Source of the DNA: an uncultured archaeon
Lineage (GTDB): Archaea; Asgardarchaeota; Thorarchaeia; Thorarchaeales; Thorarchaeaceae
Assembly: GCA_964558645.1 (NCBI GenBank)
Contig: CAZLEV010000002.1
Coordinates: 32,001-96,000 of the forward strand
Direction of reading: 5' to 3'
DNA: 64,000 nt
Each line of letters starts with the position of its first letter. The stretch's first letter is position 1. The position numbers and the translations under genes are program-made. This document shows, piece after piece, positions 38,230 through 48,831 of this stretch. The notes under the pieces are model-generated. The model worked only from the letters and a program-made list of their open reading frames with translations, was not told where the DNA came from and ran no database searches.

Positions 38230-39687
38230 CTACCTTTCAAGCCGTCTGCGCACCAACATGATTCGCTGTGAGAGCACACCTCGTAATCTGGAAATGAAGC
38301 TTCCAATTACGGCTCTATACAGAAGATAGAGCAAGAGTGTAAATACCAGATAGATGATGTAGATGTTGCGGTCAGCAAGGACAATCAAGAAACTCCAGCC
38401 AATTGGCAAGATCATCATACTGGGCGATATTGAAACAGGTCCCGTTCTCGCTGAGCACATTCGTGATGATGCCATTATACTGATGAATGGGATTATTGCC
38501 ACAGTGTAGTACTTGTAGATACCTCTGGGAGACCAGATATGTAACCATAGAACCAGCAAGAGGGTCAGATAGAATATGGTCCGCCAGTATTCTCGTAGGG
38601 CTCTGTCGTCCTTCTCTTTCAATAGCATCAAAGCGAGAAGGGGAATCACACCAGCCACAAGACCTACCGAGTAGTAAGATACCAGATTGATGCCCTGGAT
38701 GAACCACGGAGGAAATCCCAGGGCTATGAAGGGAACGGCCAGAGTGATCGGACTGTTACTTGCAGGCACGGTTGTGAGGTCTTGGAGGAGAGTGGCTCCA
38801 GCACGCTGGAAGATGTACTCAAAGTAGTTGCCGATATCCGGAAGATAAGGAAGAGAGACTGCTCCGACAAAGGCGATCACCACAAGCACTGTCTTCCCAA
38901 ATCCCACAAGATCCAGTTCGTCGCCTGGAGGCCGCCCATCATGCGCCTCATCCTGTAGGGGTGATTCTTCTGGAGCACGTTTTAGGAGATAGGCGATCAG
39001 AGGAAGTCCGAAGAAGAAAGCAGTCTGCTTCAAGAGTGCTGCGGTCACAATTGACAAGACCCCCGGAATCCGTTTCTTTCGCATCAGCAGGAAGAACCCG
39101 AGCAGGGAGAAGAAGACAAAGGGAGCAGGGTTCAGCCACTCGAATGTGACATAGTAAAGTGTGAGCGGGTTCAACAAGTAGGTGGCAACTGATATGACTG
39201 CCACCTGGCGATTAGAAGATAGATACTCAGCAATGCCGTATATAGGAAACGCTGTCAGGAAGCCAAAGACTGTGATGACCAGCCCAATACCGCAGGGTTG
39301 AATCGGAAACAACCTTCCGAACGCACAGAGGTAGACATAGAGCGGGGGAAAGAAGTAGGGCGTATGATATTCTGTGCCATCTATAATCGGGTGGTTGAAA
39401 GCGTCCGTATAGGGAAGATGACCATTGAGGAACTGATCGGCCCAACTAACGTAGTAGTAGTCATAGTCCGCCCATCCCTCAAGATTGTACGTGATTGTAT
39501 AACCGAAGATAGGAAACTCTCCGGCCCCATTCCAAACAGCCCGATAGGGGCGGATGCCTCCGAAGGTAGAGCATGCATTGTCGAAGACAATCCACCAGAC
39601 TATAGCTCCCACGACGAGTACAAAGAGAAGTAGCCAGTACTCCCGTAGTCGTTCTCTTGCTTTCTGAACCGGCTCCATTCTTCCCAT
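38230..39687 (-). CDS. GT-C fold (GT87/PIG-M-like) membrane glycosyltransferase
   Basis: Multi-TM; EGWADYDYYY, YFFPPL, YLLNP, LKQTA. Confidence 0.65.
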   Translation of the reverse strand: MGRMEPVQKARERLREYWLLLFVLVVGAIVWWIVFDNACSTFGGIRPYRAVWNGAGEFPIFGYTITYNLEGWADYDYYYVSWADQFLNGHLPYTDAFNHPIIDGTEYHTPYFFPPLYVYLCAFGRLFPIQPCGIGLVITVFGFLTAFPIYGIAEYLSSNRQVAVISVATYLLNPLTLYYVTFEWLNPAPFVFFSLLGFFLLMRKKRIPGVLSIVTAALLKQTAFFFGLPLIAYLLKRAPEESPLQDEAHDGRPPGDELDLVGFGKTVLVVIAFVGAVSLPYLPDIGNYFEYIFQRAGATLLQDLTTVPASNSPITLAVPFIALGFPPWFIQGINLVSYYSVGLVAGVIPLLALMLLKEKDDRALREYWRTIFYLTLLLVLWLHIWSPRGIYKYYTVAIIPFISIMASSRMCSARTGPVSISPSMMILPIGWSFLIVLADRNIYIIYLVFTLLLYLLYRAVIGSFISRLRGVLSQRIMLVRRRLER

Positions 39688-39697
39688 CTACCTTTCT

Positions 39698-41332
39698 CTA
39701 GACAGCCACCTCTTTCGAGGAATTCTGTGGGGTCCTGCTATTTGCTGCCGAGAAATCGTGATATGACCATTTCATAAAACCCCGCCATCTACTCCGCAAG
39801 ACCCGAAATCTGTGTTGAGTATGATTGCTGATGATATTGGACAAATAACGGACTGGCACTGTCATGATCTTCCAAAATCGACCGACCTGTTCTGACAACA
39901 CGAACCCCACCAATATGATAAAAACGGCAAATAGATACACAGTCCGACTCGGAAGAAGAATTGCAGCACTCAGCAAAAAGGGCAATACCAGCATTGAGAG
40001 AGATGGGCCCATTCTCGAGCTGTCACTCTCTATCATCCGTCGCGATGAGAATATCGAAAAGAAGGGTGCAAAGAGGGTGAAGTAGTACTTGTATACACCG
40101 CGAGGACCAGTTAGATTCACCCAGAGCATCAGTAGCATGGCAAAATACAGCAGCCGTCTTAAGAATCGTCTTTCTTCACCATGCCTCTTGGGTTCCATAA
40201 GCATGACACCGGCAAAGACGACTGTGCCAATTACTAGCAGGAACTTGGTGTACACAAGCATATCCATGATTTGGGCGATTTCCGGCAATCCAGCAACAAC
40301 CGGGAGGACCTGCAGACGCATCGGACTGGTGTAACCAGGAATTTCAGTGAAAGAATCGAGGGGATAGCCTCCAGCAGCCAAGCTCATGAAGAGTAACGTG
40401 TGTTCCTGTGCCAACAAGAACGGAAACATCACGGCGAGAACAAATGAGAGAACCATGAGTGTACTCACTGCAAATCCTTGGAGGTCCACATAGCTCGCAG
40501 CCCTTCGAAGGCCATTGACCACCAGGTCACCAATTGTAGGACTCTCCGTGCCTGTGTCAGAGGAGGTTTCAGATACAACAGGTCTTGCTCTGAGAAGCAG
40601 ATAGATCACTAGAGGAATTCCCAAGAACCATGCGGTCTGCTTGAACAATGCGGCTATTACAATCGAGAGTGTTCCAAGGTGCCGTTTGCCACGTACCAAG
40701 AAGTAGAAGCCACTCATGAAGAAGAAGATGAAGGGTGCAGGATTGAACCAAGAGAATACTACATGATACAGAATCATCGGATTAAGCAAGTAAGTCAGAG
40801 CTGCAATCTCGCCGACGTGCCGATTGCCAGAGAACTCTCTCGCTAGACCATATACCGGAAACACTGTTAGGAATCCAAGAGATACGATAAGATAGGCGAT
40901 CCCGAGGTCTCCAAGGGGAAGAGCTGTTCCCAAGCCGTACAGATAAGCCGTGAGAGGTGGGAAGATGTACAGACCATTTCTATTGAGAATGCCGTCACGA
41001 AGAAGGTGGCCGAATTCATCACAGTACGGCATCACGCCCTTCAGCATGTTGTGGCCCCAATGAACGTAAAAGAATGAGTAATCACTGTAACCCTCGAGTT
41101 GATACTGCACAGTATAGCCAAAGAGCTCATACACTCCGTCGCCCCTCCATACAGCCCTCGTATTCCAGTTGTTCGTACTGAAGTAGTCAACTACTGCAGC
41201 ATCAAACACCATGGACCAGACGAAGGCTGAGATGATCAGTACAACTGCAAGTATCCAGTACTCAAGGATGAAGCGAAGTAATCGCTTGCCGACGCGACGA
41301 GAGTCCATAGGGTGGCAGGAGGTGAAGGTCAC
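39698..41332 (-). CDS. GT-C fold membrane glycosyltransferase, tandem paralog
   Basis: EGYSDYSFFY, YIFPPL, YLLNP, FKQTA, PRGVYKYY shared with the neighbour. Confidence 0.65.
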   Translation of the reverse strand: MTFTSCHPMDSRRVGKRLLRFILEYWILAVVLIISAFVWSMVFDAAVVDYFSTNNWNTRAVWRGDGVYELFGYTVQYQLEGYSDYSFFYVHWGHNMLKGVMPYCDEFGHLLRDGILNRNGLYIFPPLTAYLYGLGTALPLGDLGIAYLIVSLGFLTVFPVYGLAREFSGNRHVGEIAALTYLLNPMILYHVVFSWFNPAPFIFFFMSGFYFLVRGKRHLGTLSIVIAALFKQTAWFLGIPLVIYLLLRARPVVSETSSDTGTESPTIGDLVVNGLRRAASYVDLQGFAVSTLMVLSFVLAVMFPFLLAQEHTLLFMSLAAGGYPLDSFTEIPGYTSPMRLQVLPVVAGLPEIAQIMDMLVYTKFLLVIGTVVFAGVMLMEPKRHGEERRFLRRLLYFAMLLMLWVNLTGPRGVYKYYFTLFAPFFSIFSSRRMIESDSSRMGPSLSMLVLPFLLSAAILLPSRTVYLFAVFIILVGFVLSEQVGRFWKIMTVPVRYLSNIISNHTQHRFRVLRSRWRGFMKWSYHDFSAANSRTPQNSSKEVAV

Positions 41333-41361
41333 TCATATACTTGTCTTCAAGTCCAGAAGAC

Positions 41362-43449
41362 TCACTCAGGGCTCACCAGCAGAGTAGCAGTACTGGAAGT
41401 GCCGCTCTTGGCAACATCAACCACTGGGACTCCCTCCCATCCCTGCACGTCAGTATGTGTGATCAGAAATATCTGTTCGAAACTCTGGTCATTCACAAGG
41501 GTCTTGACAACGGATAGTCTTCGATTCCGATCCAAGCCGCCGAGAGGTTCGTCTAGAAGGACAGAACGTACTCGTGGAGCTGTCATGGGTGTGTCCTTCA
41601 GCGGGCGGATACCACTCATGGTACGACTGATACCCAAGCGAAGCCCCAGACTTATGGCGGTCCTGTCACCGAAACTGAGCTGAGAGGTCTTCTTGGTGGC
41701 ATTGTCACGTTCATCACGAATCAGGAGCTGCAGGCCAGCACCGGAACGGCCTTTTGCAGGTGTCGGCTCAAGATCCACTGAGGAATACTGGTTGTTCGTG
41801 AAGGCTCGGACATATTGATTGGTGGCAGTGCGGATGATACCAATGAGGCGCTTCTGGAAGACCCAGTCCGAAACAAATCCTCTGACCAGTTTTCGTCGAA
41901 CATACTTGGCATGTTCCTCCAGCATCTGATAGGACTCTATCTGAGCGCCAAGTTCTCTCATTCTGGTGACTTCTTGTTCCAGATTAGCAATCTCTTCTGT
42001 GTCTTTCTGCAGGCTATCTTGAATCAGATTCTGTTCCCGCTCAAGAGAATCAATCTTTGTTCTCAGGACTGCTACCTTCCGCTTCAAGTCAGAGAGATCA
42101 TCGGCATCAAAGGACCCTATCAGTGAGTCCAGATCTTCGACCTCTAACTCGCTTATCGTTTCATTCAGCTTCATCTCTTGTTCTTCGAGCTTGGACTTGG
42201 TGGACCCGACCTGCTCCTTTCTGTCAGTAATCCGTTCGATGGTGTCCAGTGTTCGAATGACCTTTGCCAATCGGTCATCAGACTTCTTCAAGCGCTTCTG
42301 TTTCTCTTCCCTCTGGATCTTCAGACGCTCGATATCAGTCGTTCCGGTGGCGATTCGGGTCTTGTAATCATCCAGCAGCCTGTCACGCTCTTGCGAAGTG
42401 AGAGGTTTAGAGCATGTGGGACATACGGAGTCTTCACCAGAGGCTGAGGGACGCTTCAAGAGAGCAATCTTCTCCTTAAGATCTGCAATCATTCCTTGGA
42501 TACTACCAATCTTCTGGTTGATAGCAGACATATCAGACTCAAGGCTGTCTCTCAAGTCCTTTAGACGGTCTCGCTCCAACTCCAAGTACTCGATTCGTCC
42601 TTCGATTTCATCCTCATCGGTACTGGATAGGCCAGTCCCATCGAACTCCCGTTCCATCTCCCTGAGGGCACGATCATAGTCACGTCTGTGTTGCTCTACA
42701 GTCTTCGACAGGGTCTCTATATCAGAGAGAATCTCTTCGTCTGGAGCCCTCTCAACCAGCTTCTCAAGCTCTTCCATAGATTCCGCAGTCTCCTTCATCC
42801 TCTGCTTGTGCTCTTCAAGCCTCTCCTTGAGAGCCTCTATCTTCTCAAGAACCCGATCGGGTTTCTGATAGTCATCTTGCAGACTACGAATCCGTGCTGA
42901 GAGGTCATTTTCGAAGTAGTCAAGATGCTTAGACATCTGATCGAGAAGCTCGATATTGTACACCTTGACAAGAAGCTCTCTCAAATCAGATGCGGATGCA
43001 GTTGCAATCTTTGCGACCTCCCCTTGCCTGACAAGGAGTGTGTTCAGTGCCTGATTCAGCTGTAAGTTGAGAATGTCTTCCAGCCTTCTTTCAACCGATG
43101 TGGCCTTGTCCGCAATCCTCTTCCATACATCCTTCTTCCCCACATAGAGTACAGCAGATGTGCCCTGTGCGGGGTCATATGAACGGTCAATCTTGTACCG
43201 TATTCCATCGACTTCGAAGACAATCACAGCATTGCAGAATGAAGATGCGAAACTGATGAGTTCTTCATTTGTAGGGTCAACTGCATTTGGCCCCCAGAGA
43301 CCCCAGAGTATTCCCTCAAAGAGAGACGATTTGCCTGTAGAATTCGGCCCCCGAACGAGAATCAGACCGTCTGGTAGGTCTCCCTCCGACGGGAGCTCCA
43401 AGTCACGGAATGGTTTGAAGTTCTTCAGGGATACTCGCAGAATCTTCAG
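41362..43449 (-). CDS. rad50: Rad50/SbcC ATPase
   Basis: LKILRVSLKNFKPF (CTG start at 43449), GPNSTGKSS, CPTC zinc hook, LSFGD, LLDEP, ITH. Confidence 0.88.
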   Translation of the reverse strand: MKILRVSLKNFKPFRDLELPSEGDLPDGLILVRGPNSTGKSSLFEGILWGLWGPNAVDPTNEELISFASSFCNAVIVFEVDGIRYKIDRSYDPAQGTSAVLYVGKKDVWKRIADKATSVERRLEDILNLQLNQALNTLLVRQGEVAKIATASASDLRELLVKVYNIELLDQMSKHLDYFENDLSARIRSLQDDYQKPDRVLEKIEALKERLEEHKQRMKETAESMEELEKLVERAPDEEILSDIETLSKTVEQHRRDYDRALREMEREFDGTGLSSTDEDEIEGRIEYLELERDRLKDLRDSLESDMSAINQKIGSIQGMIADLKEKIALLKRPSASGEDSVCPTCSKPLTSQERDRLLDDYKTRIATGTTDIERLKIQREEKQKRLKKSDDRLAKVIRTLDTIERITDRKEQVGSTKSKLEEQEMKLNETISELEVEDLDSLIGSFDADDLSDLKRKVAVLRTKIDSLEREQNLIQDSLQKDTEEIANLEQEVTRMRELGAQIESYQMLEEHAKYVRRKLVRGFVSDWVFQKRLIGIIRTATNQYVRAFTNNQYSSVDLEPTPAKGRSGAGLQLLIRDERDNATKKTSQLSFGDRTAISLGLRLGISRTMSGIRPLKDTPMTAPRVRSVLLDEPLGGLDRNRRLSVVKTLVNDQSFEQIFLITHTDVQGWEGVPVVDVAKSGTSSTATLLVSPE

Positions 43450-44759
43450 TCGGAGCCCTCCTTCGAGAGTGTATCAATCGTGAAACTACCCTCATCCCGT
43501 CCCACTGCAAACTCAAGTGCCCTCACAGCCACCTTTGTCAGAATGTCAGAGTCATACTCCTCGCCAATCTTCAAAGTGTCCAAATAGGACTGAAAGTCTT
43601 TCTGGGGGTCCTCGATGAGATACTCGGACTCAATCTCGGGATAGGCCGCAGAATCATGAGTGATGTCTCTCTGCTTAATCGACCATACGAGCTGAGAGAT
43701 ATTGTAGTTGGAGTCGGGAGATAAGACATCAACCCTCATTCCTTCCATGGCCACTGTTAGGTCAAGTCCGCTGAATCGTGGCGAGTCCCCACTGAAGACA
43801 AGCCTCACTCTTGCAGCAGTACTCGGGTTCCAGTCCGCCCGCAGACTCTCCGCTGCGAAGAAATCCTGTATCTTTGCCACCACGCTCTGAACCGTATCGT
43901 CAACCTCAATCTCTATTTCCTTGTTCAGCACCGGTCGGGCATATTCAAGAGTGTGCTTGGTGACCTCGGGCATCTTTCCGTTCTCAAGATTGACCTCTAG
44001 GAAGCCCTTTTCATGACGGACCTCATCAAATCGCCATCGCTCTGGCGACCCAGCATACCACGCCTTATCTGAATGCTTGTGTAGATGATGATCATGGCCC
44101 AGGGCGATATAGTCGTAGTTCATACTGAATATCGCACCAAATAGGCTCTCATCTAGCTCCATTCCGTGAGCCACCGCCACAGAGGGTCGTTTGCTGTCAG
44201 GCTTCTGATAGGTTGTAATCCAATCATTGAAATCGGCGACCAGATTTGCTGACTCAAGAACAGATTGCTCTATGAACGGGAAACAGAATACATCGAGTTT
44301 CTCATACGAGAACTTCAACGGTTTCCCTGCAGAGAGAGCTTGCTTGAGGTCTACTTGGGTGGCTACATTCAACTTCTCAACCGATATGTTCAGAGAGTCC
44401 AAGAGAGAGACATCCAAGGTACGATAGAGCCCGTGGTTTCCCTCAATAATCAGCACCGGAATGCCCGTCGTCTCTATGAATCCCTTCAACACTGAGAGAG
44501 CGGTCTCTTGGGCAACCACAGGGGGCTGAGAGGGATTGCCCTCCCAAGGAGAGTCATAGAGGTCTCCAGAGTGAACCACCAAGTCTACAGGTGGATCAAG
44601 AGCTGCAATCCTATCGAAGACCTCCTGAAACCGCTGATAGAAGTCGTCTTCCAAGAGGCGAACTCTCATCTCCACGGCCCACAGGTTCTGCTTGATACCC
44701 TCCCTGGGTCTTGCCCCAAGATGCGTATCCGATAGATGTGCGATTCTAGCAGACATCAT
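43446..44759 (-). CDS. mre11: Mre11/SbcD nuclease
   Basis: HLSDTHLG, SGDLYD, GNH, AHG, ALGHDH, YAGSPER. Confidence 0.88.
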   Translation of the reverse strand: MMSARIAHLSDTHLGARPREGIKQNLWAVEMRVRLLEDDFYQRFQEVFDRIAALDPPVDLVVHSGDLYDSPWEGNPSQPPVVAQETALSVLKGFIETTGIPVLIIEGNHGLYRTLDVSLLDSLNISVEKLNVATQVDLKQALSAGKPLKFSYEKLDVFCFPFIEQSVLESANLVADFNDWITTYQKPDSKRPSVAVAHGMELDESLFGAIFSMNYDYIALGHDHHLHKHSDKAWYAGSPERWRFDEVRHEKGFLEVNLENGKMPEVTKHTLEYARPVLNKEIEIEVDDTVQSVVAKIQDFFAAESLRADWNPSTAARVRLVFSGDSPRFSGLDLTVAMEGMRVDVLSPDSNYNISQLVWSIKQRDITHDSAAYPEIESEYLIEDPQKDFQSYLDTLKIGEEYDSDILTKVAVRALEFAVGRDEGSFTIDTLSKEGSD

Positions 44760-44767
44760 TCATCATC

Positions 44768-46537
44768 TCACAGAACGTGTTTCTCAGCAGCTGTACTGGA
44801 CATCTTCCCCTTGTAACGTGGATTGTCCTCTCCAAACAAATCATCAAATAGTGGAATCTTAACTGGGAGGGGTAGCTCCCGATACGACGCCGTTATGAGA
44901 GCCTCTCCCCGAGACATGACCCTGAACTCGTTCTGAAATCCTGAGATATTGACACTGGCATTCTCGATGCATGACTTGATCTCCCGTTCATTGCCCAGTC
45001 GGAGATTAATCTCTGTATTCATCTGACTCAGTATGACATTGTCCAAGACGCTTACCTGCTGGCTAATGACGAGGAGCCCGATGTTGAACTTACGTCCCTG
45101 TCGTGATATGTCCTTGAAGACTGACTGTCCGCGCATGAGTTGAGGATTCAGTATCGAGGGGGCCTCTTCGACAGTGACCAATAGCACAGGAAGACTTCGT
45201 GGATCCTTGACCGAGGCAGAGTCGCTGGTACCACCAAAGCCGTAGAATGCTCGTGCACGCTCTCGAACTCTCTTGAAGAAGGAGCCAGGCAGTCTCATTC
45301 CGGCCTGGGCATCGAAATCGCCCAGATTGCCGCTGCTCTTCAGAGCCTTCCGCAGGTCTGACAGCGTTCGCGTAACAACAGTGGTAAGTAAGAATTGCTC
45401 CATGTCGCTCATCAGACTCGTGTTGACCACAAGGATTCTACCAGTCTCCATCGACTCGTAGATGTCACCCAATACAGAACTCCCGCCACGTATGAAGATA
45501 GGGGAACGATCAACGAAACGAAGACGTCGCTGGACAGCACGAAGAGTGCCCTTTGGCGTGCCATCAGGATCGTCGTCCATATCGAGGATCTCTGCAATCC
45601 AGTCATCCCTAGCTCGCGAGTATATCATATCGATGAATGCATACATCTGCCCTGTGAAGTCCATGATGGAGTAGAGGTCCTGCGGCTTGACCTCCTCCCA
45701 CAAGATGCGCAGTTCCTTCCCGTAGCGCCTTACTTCACGAGGAGCCGCCTGAAGATGTGTGGTCAGGTAGTAGAAATCACCCAGTACTTCCTGGCGTGTC
45801 TTTGCATCCATGGATTCCACAATGTCTTGGATGCCATATTTGTCGACGCCCTGAGCGAACTCGTCATGAGGATCGATACAGAATGCTGAGATGTTGAATC
45901 TTCCAGCCGACTCTCCCGATAGTCTATCCAGATTGTTGTCTATGATAGACTTGATCAGAACCATCATCAAGTTGCTCTTACCCGACCCGGTCGCGCCGAA
46001 GATGCCCACGTGCATGGGGAGGAATTCAGCGGGAATGTGCACAGGAACATCTAGAGTTTCTTCTCCGACCTGCAAGTCACCAACAAAGACCTCGCCACCT
46101 GTTTGGCTGGTCAGCATGTCACGAACCGTTTCATCGGAGGTTCCGCGCACTGGCCTATAGACCTCTGCAAGGTGATCGGGAAGGCGTCTGGGAGGCCTGA
46201 AGACCCAATCCCCTCCATCGCCTCGTTCGGCATAACCCAACATCTTACCGTCAATTGAGAGGAGCTTATTCCTATCAATGCCCGACAGATACGAGTCACC
46301 CTCGACCATCAAGGTACTGGCAACACGACCAATATCATCAACCTGCCGCAGGTAGTTCTGAAGTCCCAATACTCTGAAGAAGAAGACCCGTTCATGGCCC
46401 TCGCGCTCGGAGTATATCATGAAGATCTCTCCTACGCTGATGTCCTGATTACGACCCATAAGGCCGAGCATGTTCTGGTCGCCAACACCAACGCGCCCGT
46501 AGAGCTTCCCGAGTTTATCTTTGTCTAATGTCATCAT
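44768..46537 (-). CDS. herA: HerA helicase/ATPase
   Basis: HVGIFGATGSGKS, IDPHDE, EEAP, RQGRKF, ISQ; N-terminal HAS-barrel-like region. Confidence 0.88.
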   Translation of the reverse strand: MMTLDKDKLGKLYGRVGVGDQNMLGLMGRNQDISVGEIFMIYSEREGHERVFFFRVLGLQNYLRQVDDIGRVASTLMVEGDSYLSGIDRNKLLSIDGKMLGYAERGDGGDWVFRPPRRLPDHLAEVYRPVRGTSDETVRDMLTSQTGGEVFVGDLQVGEETLDVPVHIPAEFLPMHVGIFGATGSGKSNLMMVLIKSIIDNNLDRLSGESAGRFNISAFCIDPHDEFAQGVDKYGIQDIVESMDAKTRQEVLGDFYYLTTHLQAAPREVRRYGKELRILWEEVKPQDLYSIMDFTGQMYAFIDMIYSRARDDWIAEILDMDDDPDGTPKGTLRAVQRRLRFVDRSPIFIRGGSSVLGDIYESMETGRILVVNTSLMSDMEQFLLTTVVTRTLSDLRKALKSSGNLGDFDAQAGMRLPGSFFKRVRERARAFYGFGGTSDSASVKDPRSLPVLLVTVEEAPSILNPQLMRGQSVFKDISRQGRKFNIGLLVISQQVSVLDNVILSQMNTEINLRLGNEREIKSCIENASVNISGFQNEFRVMSRGEALITASYRELPLPVKIPLFDDLFGEDNPRYKGKMSSTAAEKHVL

Positions 46538-46546
46538 GAATCACAC

Positions 46547-47839
46547 TCACAGATTGAAATCGGTTCGTGGAGGTTCCATTCTCCGTTCGTCCATGCCCAT
46601 CTCCTGCCTCACATCCCAGCATATCTCCCGAGCCAAGCGGACATCCTGATAGCTCAGCTTGCACTGCTCGTGAGCGACAGCGAGGGGAACAGGATATCCA
46701 TACCATCTAGCATCTCTTGACATGAACTCTATCTCTCTGAACAATGCCTTCTCGTTCTCTCGAGTGGCTATGGGGTCATTCTCAACAAATATGTTTTCTA
46801 ACCACCAAATCCTGTCGAAATCTATCCGCGAGGGGCGGTTGTCGCGAGAGAAGCTGAAGAGATAAGGAACAGCTAGCATCGGGGGTATGTACGTCCGCGA
46901 CTGTGTGATGTGAAGGCCGCCCCCTGGATCGTCATTGCCTGGAAGATGACAGAACCACTTGCTACTTCCACCAAATACATCCTCGGCCATCTGAGCAATC
47001 CTGTGCGCAAAGGGTATCGTGTGAGTCTTGCTCAATGCGCAGAGAATCACTCCTTCTTTTCGCGCCCGTGTACACATCTCTCTGAGCAGAAACCCGCTTG
47101 GCATCGAGGGGTAGTTTCTGATGTGATGCATGAACACAGACATTGCCCCGTCAAGCAACAGATACTTGGGGTGCAACGGACTGTCGAGAATCTTCCGAGC
47201 AGCTGCATATTCGGAAACGGTTCGCAGTTGGTCATGAACGGTGCTGTTGGTCAGATTGACCCTAGATATCAGGCTCTGAATGCTCTCCAGTCGAGAAAGG
47301 TACTTGGCATACTTGGAGTTCTTGAGGTCGCTCCAGGAATCGATCTCACCACGAGTGAAGTCGCGAAAGAAGGGCAGGACAAGCTTGACGGGGTCGGAGA
47401 CCGAAGAGATGTATTCGATGTATTCAGCCATCTTTGCCCGTGCATCGTCCTTGACCCCAGTATACCAGAAGGTTTCAAGATGCGGCTGGCTGCTGCCTAG
47501 ACATTCTTCTATCTCACCCCCGTCAAGAGGGGTGAAGAGATCACCAGATTTGGTGCTAGTATTGAGGATGACACAGGCTGTGCTGAACAGATGTACCCTC
47601 ACATCGTCAAGTAGAGCAAGGCCGTCACTTCCGGATCCGTCCACAGCTCCAACAAGGAAATCCTTGTCGAAGACAACGTCTTGGGGAAAGGGCTCTACAG
47701 TATCTAACAACTGCTCCTTAATACGCGCCTCGTCTTTCGCGAATTCCTTCTCATCCCGGATGTCTTGCTGTTGCTGGATGTCCATGAAGGTCGCCTTAAG
47801 CGAGTCCCTGAACTTCTTTGTTAGGATTCGTTCGAGCAT
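46547..47839 (-). CDS. nurA: NurA nuclease
   Basis: AVDGS, LLLDGA, LSKT, GYPVPLAVAHEQC. Confidence 0.85.
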   Translation of the reverse strand: MLERILTKKFRDSLKATFMDIQQQQDIRDEKEFAKDEARIKEQLLDTVEPFPQDVVFDKDFLVGAVDGSGSDGLALLDDVRVHLFSTACVILNTSTKSGDLFTPLDGGEIEECLGSSQPHLETFWYTGVKDDARAKMAEYIEYISSVSDPVKLVLPFFRDFTRGEIDSWSDLKNSKYAKYLSRLESIQSLISRVNLTNSTVHDQLRTVSEYAAARKILDSPLHPKYLLLDGAMSVFMHHIRNYPSMPSGFLLREMCTRARKEGVILCALSKTHTIPFAHRIAQMAEDVFGGSSKWFCHLPGNDDPGGGLHITQSRTYIPPMLAVPYLFSFSRDNRPSRIDFDRIWWLENIFVENDPIATRENEKALFREIEFMSRDARWYGYPVPLAVAHEQCKLSYQDVRLAREICWDVRQEMGMDERRMEPPRTDFNL

Positions 47840-48075
47840 GGTACCCCTCGTCCTTGTTCACTACATCAGCAGCTGGCTGGTGGTCATGTTTATGTCATCG
47901 ACTGATTCATAAAAACATAGCACTCGGCAACGACGAGTCCTCCACCAGAGTGCGTACGTATCTCCAAGAAGCCAGCCGGTGCCCAATTTCCTTTTAAGTA
48001 AGGAGAAGCATCAGGTACTCAGCCGCATGTGCTCAGGCTACTTGTGAATCGGTACTCTAGGATGGATGTGATTCA

Positions 48076-48771
48076 GTGCTCAGGATTACCTATCTAGGAA
48101 AAACATCATTCAGATTGGAATCAGAGGAGATGTCAGTCCTGCTCAATCCGGGAATATGGCAGGGAGAGGCCGTTACACCCGTTGACACCGAGGCTAAGGT
48201 CATCATCGCGACTAATGAGGCCATAGATGCATTGGGAAATGCAACTGAAGTGGCAACAAACTCTAAGGCATGGATACTGGGCAACGAGTCCACAATCGAA
48301 GTAGTGAAGGAGCAGGGTGGAAAACCGTGGCTGCTTCATGTCCTCGAGGCAGAGGAGCCCTACGAGATTCCCGGTCTGAGAGTGATAGCTTACTCTCTGA
48401 AGAGAGACCATCCTCAAACAGGAGAACCCATGGAGAACCTCGGCCTCTATCTCGAGATAGGCAAGATGAGAGTGGCCTATCTTGGGGACTCGAAGGTTAG
48501 AGGGCCGTTTGGGCAGTTTGAAGTTGACATTATCATTGTGCCAATCAGTGGAGATGGTGTCTTTGCAATCAAGGATGCAGTGGGACTCTGTATCGATGCC
48601 AAACCAAAGCTGGGAATACCCATGAGATGGGTTTCAGATGACCAACCACAGAAGTTTGCGAAATACCTTGACCAATTCGCAAAAGGGGTTACAGCCCTTG
48701 TGATGGAGGACAACCAGACTATCGAAACACACTGGGCTGCAGGGAATGAATTCAGATACGAAGTAAGCTAA
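48076..48771 (+). CDS. metallo-beta-lactamase fold (UPF0173-like) protein with degenerate metal site
   Basis: ITYLGKTSF, VLLNP, YLGDS, IVPISG, IPMRW; TNEAIDA replaces THxHxDH. Confidence 0.7.
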   Translation: MLRITYLGKTSFRLESEEMSVLLNPGIWQGEAVTPVDTEAKVIIATNEAIDALGNATEVATNSKAWILGNESTIEVVKEQGGKPWLLHVLEAEEPYEIPGLRVIAYSLKRDHPQTGEPMENLGLYLEIGKMRVAYLGDSKVRGPFGQFEVDIIIVPISGDGVFAIKDAVGLCIDAKPKLGIPMRWVSDDQPQKFAKYLDQFAKGVTALVMEDNQTIETHWAAGNEFRYEVS

Positions 48772-48831
48772 TATCCTTGCGTTGCCTACTCGTAGCCAAG
48801 AGCCTAGAGAAGCCAAGTTGGTGAGGACACG

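Noticed and set aside
44768-47839. HerA-based anti-phage defence system
   Set aside because: The context with nurA, mre11 and rad50 matches the standard archaeal repair operon
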